A stretch of 64,000 bases of DNA from Takakia lepidozioides (Eukaryota; Plantae; Bryophyta), in the NCBI GenBank assembly GCA_030704615.1, contig CM060731.1:18352001-18416000 (forward strand), in the 5' to 3' direction. Position 1 is the stretch's first letter; each line of letters begins with the position of its first letter. Positions 38,201-49,400 of the stretch are shown piece after piece. The notes beneath the pieces were generated by a model, which saw only the letters and a list, made by a program, of their open reading frames with translations, did no database searches and was not told the origin of the DNA. The position numbers and the translations under genes are program-made.

Positions 38201-39255
38201 GAGGGTGTATCCAAGGCTGCACACATCCCTGAGTATGTGTCAGGGCACCCATACAGATATGGGCAGCCCAACTACTTGTTCAATACTGCAGCCATGGGTA
38301 GTGGATCACAACAATATGCAAAGGCATCCGAACCAGGGCTTCCTGCTGCCAGAGTTCCAACGACTTTGCCTCCCGATGCAACAACAAAGCATAATCAAAG
38401 AAAGGTGAGAGCAAAAGTTTCAATGCTTGGGCGCGTGGGTGGATTTGTATTGTTAATGCTACTTCACAATGTGTGTCATTCGTGCTATTCTCATTTTTTG
38501 ATCGTTGTGTCATTCAATATACAGATGGTGAAACCAGTGAAGCGTTCAATGGACAGGGAGAGTACAATATGTGCTATCAATCAGACTACAACCACAGTGG
38601 ATCTAACTGAACCACAGGGTGACCAACAAAATCCGCACAGTGTAAGTACTTCATTTGTGCAATTTTGTTTCCTTGTCTGATGCTGGATCAATACACCTCC
38701 TATGTATCGCCACATAGCTGCAGGCCCAACAACCTATAAAGGTAGTTTTGTGACATCGTCCTACCACATCCATGTTGACCATGCATAACCTGCTACCAAC
38801 TAGGTATGGCACCGTTCCAGCTTTGATCATGTCAGCATGTAGTATAGAGACAAGCAAATGCAATTCGGAATTGGAAGTATTGCAATAGGTAGGGTTGGGG
38901 TGTTTGCTGGAAGAACTTCAATGTCATTTTGCAGGAGTGTCAAGTTGTCAGTCTCTGTTCTCCAGGGTTCATTTCTGATATAGGAATCTGGTTTTTGTTG
39001 CAGTTTCAGATCGGCGACAAGGTGTTATTGTTTGATCCTTGTGCACCAAAAAGAAGGGCAGGTGTGGGATATATTGCTGGATTTCCGAAAGCAAATGTGC
39101 CAGACAACTATTACCGTATCCATGTGAAATCGGTCATGATTTCAGAGGTTGTGTTGCCGTACCCGGACTACTCTGTTACCCCTAATTATACCACATTGGG
39201 TGACACGCAGGGAAGTTCCACCTTATGGTCTGAAAAGTTTCTTAAACACGCGTGA
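35300..39255 (+). pseudogene. Multi-exon CACTA TnpA-like gene with an embedded FCP1/NIF-like HAD phosphatase domain and a C-terminal Tnp1-like domain
   Basis: P/Y/Q-rich N-terminus; KPHHVPDKTWAQLVVSW...RSGRSG...EKETGRTPS (Ptta/En/Spm-like); LILDLNGLL...RPGCQEFLD...VGVWSS...NTLLVDDSP; YYRIHVKSV...LPYP...TLGD...LW. In-frame stops at ~35530 and ~36284. Confidence 0.7.
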
Positions 39256-40211
39256 TATTGAAGGTGCTACAAGTTTAGTTTAGTTTTCTTTATGGATTGA
39301 GGGTTGCTGAGACAGGTGAACAAAACAGCTCTTCTCACATGAACAATATTTTTTGAATTGATGCTCTTGCTATTCTCATGTATGATCACAAGATCCCCTT
39401 GTTCAAGGGCAACTTCATTTTCCCACATCAAGCCAAATTTTTCTTGTGTAGACATGAATGTGGTATTTTGCTGGTTGTTTGCTATATTTAATATTAATAA
39501 CATTACTATTGGTCAATGTGGTTAATAATACAATTATTATCCATGTTTTAAATAAGCTTTTGTTTAAATGAAACAAAACAAATAAAAATTCTAAAATAAT
39601 AATATATTACATATTAAATCAAGCAGCCAATGGCTTTTGGGGTGCTATCCCAATAATAATAATAATAATATGACAATTCATTTTGGCATTTGTCAACAAA
39701 TAATAATTGTTTACTTTTCGTCCAATAGGAACAAAACAATGGATATGACAGTATTCACACTAGTGTCATTGCGATCACACCACGACTTGAACCTGGTGTT
39801 AAATCTGTGTGAGAGAATCCGTAAGAAGAGCCCTTAATATCTATTATTTATTTAATAATTCTGATGGACTCTATTACGTGGCATTCCCTTTGACATACAT
39901 GTGGCAGACATGGTGGCAATGAGGTGTAATAAGTACCGTAGAAAGACCATTAAGATTACTTAGTCAAAATAGTAGTTGAACTAACCAGTCAAAACGGCCG
40001 TCAAAATATCCGTCAAAAGAGCCACCTAAACCTACTGCCACATCAGGTGCAAGTTTGGTGTGAGATGGTTTTTTTCACAGGACCAAGAAAGTTCACATGT
40101 GGTGCAAAGGACTAGGTTAACCTAACACCAAGGGGGGGTGTGAACTTGGGCTCTTTTCACACCAAAATGTGTGAGAAAAGCCGTTAAAAAAAACCGGTTT
40201 CTGTATTAGTG
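35300..40211 (+). mobile_element. Right arm of a CACTA/En-Spm transposon; left end not found
   Basis: Ends in ...aaaccggtttctgtattagtg (CACTA on the minus strand) at 40211, directly abutting the MULE copy. Contains a TnpA-like gene. Confidence 0.75.
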
Positions 40212-42144
40212 CTAAAACAACGGTACTTGACAAAGTTCAGAATGGTGTCGGACCCTCCTGGGGCGCCCGAAGTGAAGTTTTATTATGGCGATGCCTTCCT
40301 GGCTTCTAGTCCGTTACAGTTTTACTTGGAAGAGACAGATTTTGAGCCGATGTATAAAATAAGAGCAACTGTCACAGATGCATTGCTCTCGGGTTACAAC
40401 AAACTTCTGGAGGCCAAATTGTTTAAGGCTATCGCACCTGAGTTTGTCATCTGTGCTCCTTTCCAATGGCATGTCATGCGTACCAATGGTAACGATCTGC
40501 AGACGCTATTCGGGTTGGTGCAAGAATGGTACACTCAGGATGCCCGAGGGATGGTGTTCACAAAGAATCGAGATCTTGTGGACGTGGTTGTCATCCCTAT
40601 TGTCTTCGAGTAAGTAATTTCAGCGTTGACTGAGCATGTTGGGTTACACTCCTCTATTCTAGACTGAGTTGCACTAGTGACTGCTGACTAGTTGTGTAAC
40701 ACCGTTTAGAGTTATAGTACAAAGGGTTACACTACTGGGTTACACCACAGCCGGGTTACACCACAATGGGTTTCATTGGAGATGTTTTTTTCTATTCTGA
40801 CGTAACGGCTTTGTTTGTGTTGTAGTGATCACTGGAGTGTTGCTGTTTTAGAGCGCCGAGGTCGGATAGTACATTTGGACTCCCATAAAACCATTGCCCG
40901 ACCCAAACTCATTGAAGGAATTTTGCGAAATTTTGCCATTGCGTTCTTTGATTTCATGCCTGGATGTGATGACTTCAGTTACGTCATGGAGATGATGGAA
41001 TGGTTTGAGGCCAGTGTCCCCCAGCAACGGAGCTGTTGGGAGTGCGACTATTATGCACTTTGTTTTGTGCAATTTTACTTGGAGTGGAAGTTCAATGTGA
41101 AAACCACAGAAGATCGAACCCGTCATAGGCGGGCGTTTACTGCAAGTTGGTTCAACGAGTCAACCATGATAGCTTCCCGTACTCATATGATTAGTTGGCT
41201 GTGTGACGAGATGGACAAAGACTTGGTCAGATGGCCAAAGAAATAAATAGCGTCTCTTGATGCATTTTTGCTTCTATGTGGTTTGTTCGTAACACTTCAC
41301 AGTTTGGGTTTCATGCAATGGGCTTACATGGGGTTACACCTTATAAGGTTACATGAAGTGGAATCATAGACAAGTACTTGGGTACACCTTTGGGCCCTGG
41401 GGCAATGGGCTTACACTCTGTGGGTTCACACATAAGTGATGGGTTACACCATGCCGGGTCTCACAACGTGGGGTTACACTTATGGGTTACATACAATGGG
41501 CCTAGGGTTACATGGTTGGGCCTTCCTGGCTATGTCAGGGTCACGTTGCTGAAACAATATACTTTCGTGGCATGTAACCCCACCTCGACTATGCGCATTT
41601 GTTTTATTTTTTATTTTTTTCGCACTGAAGTGTTTGTGCACTGAAGTTCTCAGATTTATACTACATGGGGTTACATACATGAGGGCTATGTACAATGGGT
41701 TACATACGATGGGGTCACAATAGTGTGGGGGTAACATCTGGTCGGGCTACATACTTCTTGGAGTTACAACACTCTGGGTTACACTCACTCAAGAGGGTTA
41801 CACAGTTCTAAGTTACACTGTGCACAATGAAAGTGGGCAGGGTTGCCTATACAAGGGCTACGTGTCGTGGGGATACATAAGATGGGGTGATGTAGCATTG
41901 GGGTTTATAGCGTGCACCCCAAATTGTACAATGGGTTACATGCGATGGGGTGACATCAATGGGGGTTACATGTGGTCGGGATACATACTTCTTGGGGTTA
42001 CACAGCAACAAGTTACACTCCGGAGGGCTACACTGGTCCATAACATAGGTTGAACGGAATGATTATCTACCTCATGGATTACACGTCCATGGGTTACACA
42101 CAAATTGGGTTACACATAGAGGGGTTACACATACAGGGGCTAGT
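40212..42144 (+). mobile_element. Second, inverted copy of the MULE (Ulp1 exons 4-5 and 3' region; corresponds to 6214-4312)
   Basis: Near-identical reverse complement of the first copy; WECGYY has become WECDYY. Confidence 0.95.
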
Positions 42145-44475
42145 CCTCGACTGGAATGAGAAGAGTCTTATTAGTCAGTTTCGATGTTGATTAACAGAGG
42201 ATGTAAAATATTTGTTGCTGACAATGCCAAACTTGAGCACATTGAGCGAATTCATCACCCAAGTCTTTGCATGCGATAATCATTTGTTCGAAATACGTCA
42301 AGAGAAGCGATCTGGATGGTCGACGACGCATCATGCCGCTGCTACTACGGCACCAAACACAACGATCCATCAGACATCCGGTAGTGAACCTATGCAGATT
42401 GATGCTGTCCGATTCAAGCCATTGACGCCACAAGAAAAACAAAGACGGCGCTCGAATAGATTATGCCTCTATTGCGGAGAAGAAGATCGCATAGCATTAA
42501 ACTGCCCCAACAAGAGAAGATTAAAAGCTCGAGGCGTAACTCAAGTATTCGATACGAGGAGGTCGAAAAACAAAGATGTCCAGTCACAGTAGGGACCATG
42601 CGGCTGGACACCACAAATTCCTCACCAAAAAAATGTTTCTTTCTACCTCCAGACCCTGCACCTTGCTTCACAGTTCCAGCAAAAATCAGAGTGCAAAATC
42701 GAGATATCTCTGTAGAAGCACTTTTGGACTCAGGGCCTTCAACATGTTTTATTGACAAAAACTTTGCGAAGAGACACAATTTAACGCTCGTAAAGAAGAA
42801 ACTTTCGGCCTCCGTTGAAGTCATCGATGGACGACCGTTAGCATCAGGAAATGTTGACCATGAAACTCGACCACTTGAAGTGAGGCTTGAAGATCAAGCA
42901 TCACATATTGTTTTCAACATCATCCAGTCTCCAACGAATCCTGTGATCCTTGGACTTCCCTGGTTCGTACTTCACAATCCTGACATCGACTGACGATCGC
43001 GAAAAATTTCTGCAAGACAAAAATGTAGAAATATCAAAGGTATTCAATCCATGTTCCTTGGAGCTAGAGCTTTTATGAGAGCTACCAAAAAGGATGTGGC
43101 ATTTGCAGTTTATGCGACTCCGATCAAGACCACAACAGACAAAGGTACTTCGACATTACCCACTCAATATCAAGATTCCAAGGATGTCTTCGAGAAGAAA
43201 AATGCAGACATATTGCCAGAACATCGACCTTATGACTGTGTAATTGAGTTACAAGAAGGAGCCCAACCACCATTCGGCCCAATATATAACTTATCCCAGA
43301 CGGAGTTGGCTGTATTACGTGAGTACATTGATGAAAATTTGTCAAAGAACTTCATCCGACAATCAAAATCATCTGCGGGGGCGCCTATCTTGTTTGTGAA
43401 AAAGAAAGACGGATCATTACGCATGTGTGTGGACTACCACGGTCTCAACAAAATCACAGTTAAGAATCGTTATCCGTTGCCGTTGATTTCTGGGCTTCTC
43501 GATCAACTGGGACAAACGAAGATTTTCACCAAAATTGACTTGAGATGAGCTTATAACCTTGTACGGATAAAAGAAGGAGACGAATGGAAAACAGCTCTTC
43601 GAACAAGGTATGGACATTTTGAGTACAGTGTTATGCCTTTCGGTCTTACAAATGCTCCACCAATTTTCCAACATATGATGAATGACATCTTTCGAGAATT
43701 CTTAGATGACTTTGTAGTCATCTATTTGGACGACATTTTGATATTTTCACAGAATGAAGAAGAATATGGCCGTCATGTACGCATTGTCCTTGATAAATTA
43801 AGAGGAAGAGGACTATATGCCAAGTTGAAAAAATGTCTTTTCCATCAATCTGAGGTCGAATTTCTGGGCTACATTATTTCCGACAAAGGCGTCTTTATGG
43901 ATCAGAAAAAAATACAAACCGTCATCAAGTGGGTTAAACCAACTTCGGTCCGAGATGTACAATGTATTCTGGGATTTGCAAATTTCTATAGAATCTTCAT
44001 TAAGGACTACTCCAAAATTGCTGCGCCATTGACACGATTTACATGGAAGGACAAATGTGTATGAGACGAGAAGGCTGACCAAACATTTGAAAGGCTGAAG
44101 TAGGCATTTATAATGGCTCCAATACTGGTACATGCAGACCCATCTAAACCATTCTTTTTGGAAGCAGATGCATCGGACTTCGCACTTGGCGCGGTACTCT
44201 CTTAATACGGTACAGATGACCAACTCCACCCTGTTGGTTTTCGTTCTCGCAAATTTTCCGCTGCAGAGATCAATTATGAAATCCATGACAAAGAATTTCT
44301 AGCGATTATCGATGCTTTTGAGGAGTGACGTCATCTATTGGAGGGAGCTAAACATCAAGTCACTGTCTATACCGATCACAAAAACCTCGAGTATTTTATG
44401 AGTGCTCGTATTTTGAATCGATGTCAAGCGAGATGAAGTATGTCACTAGCTAGGTTTGATTTTGTTATTACCTAC

Positions 44476-45216
44476 TGTCGCACACCTCACTTCGGTAAGT
44501 TCCCCTTCAAGTCATAATTACTCGCTTTGATGCGCGCACCTAACTCCCAACCTGGCCGCCGGGCCAACTTGGAGCTTCGGCTGCTCACCGGGACATAACG
44601 GTCCCCCTTTACTCTTCCACCAGACCCTCCACCAATTTGGGCCTAGTGAAAATTCCCTTTGGTAGATGGCAATCTGGAATAGCTCCTCACTCCTTGGTCG
44701 CTTTCCGGCTCGCTCGCTTACTCACTAGTTTTTGGTCACCAACGGGCTTGCACCGTTCTCGGGGTTACTACTCCCTATATATACTTCTGTGACTGTCCGC
44801 GGGGGTTTTACAAACAACCATGTCATTTTATGGCGAACCACCACGAAGACCCTCGACTCCCGGTGATGAGTCGTGGTGAGCCTTGGCCCACCCACCATGG
44901 CCCCATTGGACCGTGATGAGTCCCAAGACTCCCCACGACTCCCCACGACTCCCACCACAAGTTCTCCGCCCCATGGTGAGTCCTATGTCACCCCCACTAA
45001 GTCCCGCTAAGCTACCACCACCCCTTGTGGAGCCACCCCCACCGCAACCCGGTGTGCGGGGCTCCACCTAGTGAGCGCCTCCGCCTCCTTGCAGAGTGCC
45101 TTGGCACTCAAGGGTGCTTCAGCCCCCCTCCGTACCTATCGCTGCCACTGCCCCCACCACAGGGGCAGCCCCTCCTGCGTCCCGACCCCCTGCCCTCAAG
45201 GCAAAGGGCCGCGACA
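44476..45216 (-). mobile_element. Solo LTR of the 21194-27958 chromovirus family, inserted in the RNase H region of the second Gypsy
   Basis: Same sequence as 27232-27958, flanks CCTAC/CATAC; removal restores FVITYRPGHLQGKPDALSR. Confidence 0.92.
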
Positions 45217-45807
45217 CATACCGTCCCGGACATCTTCAAGGAAAACCAGATGCTCTTTCTCGACGATCGTATCTTGCGCCAAAAGTAGGGGATGCAACTT
45301 TTGACCAACAAAAATCCATCATGTTGAAACCATCAAATCTCCAATTGAATATGTTATCCATGTCCACCTATGACGATGCAAAGATCATAAAAGAGATTCA
45401 GGAAGCACTGAATAACGACCAATTTGCTACGACACTACGAAGTCAACTAAATCGACGTCGAGACAAGCCACATGTTACAAACGACTTTGAGTTCAAAGAT
45501 GGCTTACTTTATTTCAAGGGACTTCTCTATGTACCTCCAGGACCTACACGAATGCGAATTCTTTAAACATGTCATGATCTTTCGGCTGCAGGACATTTCG
45601 GCTTCAACAAAATAATGGAATTGATATCCAGGGACTATTGATGGCCACAAATGTGGAAACTCGTGAAATAATTTATAAAATCTTGTGACATGTGTGCTAG
45701 AGCGAAAGGACCATGACATCGACCTTACGGCCTTCTTCAACCATTACCCATTCCTAATGGTTCATGGTCGTCCGTGTCTATGGACTTTATTACGGACCTT
45801 CCAATTA

Positions 45808-46234
45808 AAGTACATGTCTGTTCATGGGTTGTTATTCACTTTGCCATTCCATCCACATTCAATCTATGTAACCCACTCAATGGGACACCCATGGGCCGGG
45901 GTGACACACCGCAGGGTTACACCGTCTGGGGTTTCATAACGTAACATAGCTCTACTTAGTGTAACTCGCATTTGTGGTACTCCACACAGTGTAACACAGA
46001 TGAGTGCGAACCTCTTCAGTGTAACTCATTGTGGTGTAACTCCAAGTGTAACTGCAATGTAACTATCAACAGTATAACCCAGTATGTAACCCCATAGAAT
46101 ATTGCTGTCAGTGGTGTAACTCTGAGAATTATAAGTCGATGACTACAATGTGACTACAGGGTCTGGGTTAGTCTGTCGGGGTTACATGACCCTTCAATAC
46201 AGAGTGGGAAGATGTTGAAGTCGAGCACCTTTAG
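45808..46234 (+). mobile_element. Continuation of the second MULE copy (corresponds to ~3884-4304)
   Basis: Near-identical direct copy. Confidence 0.92.
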
Positions 46235-47488
46235 CACGCAAGTTGTTGAAATTTGGCAGCATAAACGGAAGCATGACGTGCTCATTGTCAAAGATTTCGC
46301 ATCTTTGTCTGTACAACTCTCTCCCTATCATTTTCTCCAAACGTTGCAATGACCTCGGACATGAATGCTTTAAAATTGTATAGTAAATGCGAATTTTTTT
46401 TCTAATAGTGGTGCAAACCAAGATAGGGCAGTGCCTGATAGAAGGGTGCCCACGAATCCCACTTGAATACCTTCATCGGGGTAGCGTTGTGGATGTAGTC
46501 GTAGGAACAATCGTATTTGTTGAACAAAACCGCGAAATCTTGATCTTGTCCTATCAAATTTCTCGGGCACGCTGATATTTGGTTCTCTTGTAATCTGTTG
46601 AAGAGGAACCGTTGCAGTATGAGCTGTTGCAGTAGAGACTCATATGGTTGAAGATCCATTGTTCGACTCCTTTAACTCTGAAATTTGTTGTTGCAAATTG
46701 TGGAGAGTGTTGCCAAGATCTTGAGACTGATCAGCTTGTAATTGGGCGGTAGAAGAACGAAGTTCTTGCATCTGGAGTTGAAAACTCTGCAATGTGGCGA
46801 CCATTTCTGCAAATGTGCCTTCCATCTTAACTAACTGAGGAACAAACTTTAGTCTCGCCAAACTGTCAAGGACGAGACATTGACTGAATACAAACAAGAG
46901 ATCAGACTAGAGGTACAAGACTAGACAAGAAATCAAGGTCGGCGAATGATGGGTCAAGGCCGAATGCATGGTGGGTAAACATGAATCAAAATGATATTTA
47001 TAACAATGGACAAGAGTACAAGATAATGGAACTCGACTCGAATACTGGAATGCTGGGAACTAGACTGGGGTACCAAATACTGGAAACTGGACTGTAGTAC
47101 TGGAAGCTGGACTGGAGTACTGGGACTGGGAACAAGAGTAGCTTGAACTTGTGTTGGCGAGACTAAAGAGTGTCCAGTCTCGCCTCCTATATATACTGGC
47201 TACTAAGAGGTTCCCTAAGAGGCTTCCCCAAAGGAGGTTTTGTTGATGGAGAAGTTTCCTTAAACAAATGAGGTATCTTGATGGAGAAGTTTCCTCCAAG
47301 GGAAGCTTCCTGAGCAGTTTCTCAAGTTACTCTCGGTAATTTGGTAAACTCTCGGTAACTTGGTGACTAATGGTAACTTATGGTAGATCATGATAGATCA
47401 CGGTAACTTTTGATAACATGATAACTTGGTAACTTAGTAACTTCTGATATTTACTCCTGGTAAGTTCCTATGGGCTATGTCCGTGACA

Positions 47489-47790
47489 TTGGCTCCCTGT
47501 CGACTTCTCCTTCCACTTGTCTTACGTAAAGCAAAAACTGGGGTTCGTGTGGCTCCTCCACGACCCACTCCTTTGCTATCAGCAGGTTTATTCGCCCTCC
47601 CACTTGGTTGGGCGTTTTCGACACCCATAAAACTTCGTCACCATCCCTACACAGTAGTGTGACTACTCTTTTGCGGCCATCTATGACGGCTCCAGATTTG
47701 CTCAAAAAGGTCATCCCCCAAATGAGATCCACTCCATCGATCTCGCAAATGGTGAAGTTCTCACGTCCCTCCCAACTTCCCCAGCTGAAA
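47489..47790 (-). pseudogene. Fragment of the protease region of the first chromovirus family
   Basis: GSWEGRENFTICEIDGVDLIWGMTFLSKSGAVIDGRKR closely matches ~25490-25770. Confidence 0.85.
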
Positions 47791-48749
47791 AGGATTCTCA
47801 TACCCATCAATTATCAATAATGCTAAAAAATGTTTATCCTCTCCATCAGGAATCCTCCATTGGACCTCGGATGAATCATCCTCTACATCACTCTCCGATG
47901 CATATTGGAGAAAAAAATCCTTAAGCCGCTTAGCCCTTATAGCAATTCCAGCCTTCATTTTTCTATTTTTGTATCCAACCAAAACATGCTGCACTTTGCT
48001 AGGTTGGAAGTCTCATCTGATATATGACTGTGCAAGCTTATTTGTATATGATGGCAAAACGAAAGGTCTCATGGGCTAGGGAAAAAGTCGTGTTGAGCAT
48101 AGAATGGTCTGTCGTCCTCCTTACGCCTAAGGAGGGGTACTGACGCCCATAAAATTCATCATTCATGTAAAAGAAATCATAGAATGATTAGATCGAACAA
48201 AACACTATGATTGATTGTAAGGATGGAAATGAACGGGAGCGACCTCAACAAACCAAAGGTGAACTTACTATGGAACTCATTCATAATTCCCAAATGTAGG
48301 GGACTTTTGTTTGGTAACCACAACTGCTTGCTTCTTCCATTTCACAAGACCTTGTCGGACTCAAATGATGATTTGACCACCACCTCTTATGTAGGGGCAG
48401 GCTTGCATTGAAGACTAGCTAGAAAGTTGAAAACCTGCACTTCTGATTCAAGACAAGACAAGAGAAAGAGTGTGATTGCCAACTCAAATATAACTACACA
48501 GTTATAGGTTTGAGAGACCAAATATGCAATGCAAGGAGTCGTGTCAAAATATTAGTAACAAGTGATTCTAATCCCATGGACTATTACTAAATAGGGGACT
48601 GGAGGGTATAACGGCATAGTTACACCCCTAGAGTACATGCACACGCACTTCTAAAATCAAGGAAATGAAGAACATGGATGACAAAGATGAAAAATGGTGC
48701 AGTTATACCTACTGCAAAGGTTCAAAGGCAACTAAGACATTTGTCATTC

Positions 48750-49400
48750 ATGTTTCTATTGTCAAATCAAGGATGTTGCTCCCCTCATTGGAGCAAGTCT
48801 CCAAAAGACTTTGGATAAAAGCGGGACATCTAGTTCTACTGTATCAGATGACAATTCTTCTCGATGTAAGGGAGGTTGTTTGGGGAGATATGGCTGTAGA
48901 GGATGTCAAATAACATAGGGTCCACAAATGGGTCGACGAGACATTATTCACCCCGAAATGGAAATGAAGAGTTCTCCTTCAGAAAGCACATGGCTTCAAA
49001 CAAGGGAGTCTCGTAGCAGAAGGATGATAGTTAAATGGCAGTAAAATTTGACTTAACTCGAGGTAATTTTGGTGAAGTACTCAAGAGGCGATTGCAGATT
49101 ACCTTTCTTCCCTCACAAATAAACCCAATAGTATTTATGCATGTCCATGTTTTCTCCAGGACGGGAACATCACTCTTCGTTGTCCATGTGGCTACAATGG
49201 TCTCTGTTGTTTGGCTTGTGGGTGCAATTACAATGATTCACCTATCATCCGCCCAAATGAGTCTAAGTGAGACCAAATGAATGGCTCTAGAACCTCTCAC
49301 TTGCTTTGTTCCAGTTAGGGACATCCTCCAGTAATGAATCAACCACAATGAGGCAATATCCAAAGAATATGTTATGGCGAAACGAAAATGTACTATTGCT
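48750..49400 (-). pseudogene. Decayed paralog of the amino-DNA-methyltransferase-like gene
   Basis: DVPNWNK, LEKTWTCINTI, TPLFEAMCF, CLVDPFVDPMLFDILY and AFIQSLLETCSNEGSNILDLTIET are collinear with the gene at 54238-55504. Confidence 0.75.

Larger units (their letters stand above)
42145..47488. mobile_element. Second Ty3/Gypsy (Tf1/Tcn1-like) element, 3'-truncated and split by an inversion: 5' LTR and gag N-terminus on minus (46235-47488), gag C-terminus to integrase start on plus (42145-45803)
   Basis: [45 protein letters not shown]; PEKFD...FRGFVQQ on minus; LTR TG...CA at 46864-47488. Confidence 0.9.

Noticed and set aside
47790-48200. Additional minus-strand coding relic downstream of the decayed MTase
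   Set aside because: It looks protein-like in patches but has several stops and belongs to no family I can recognise.
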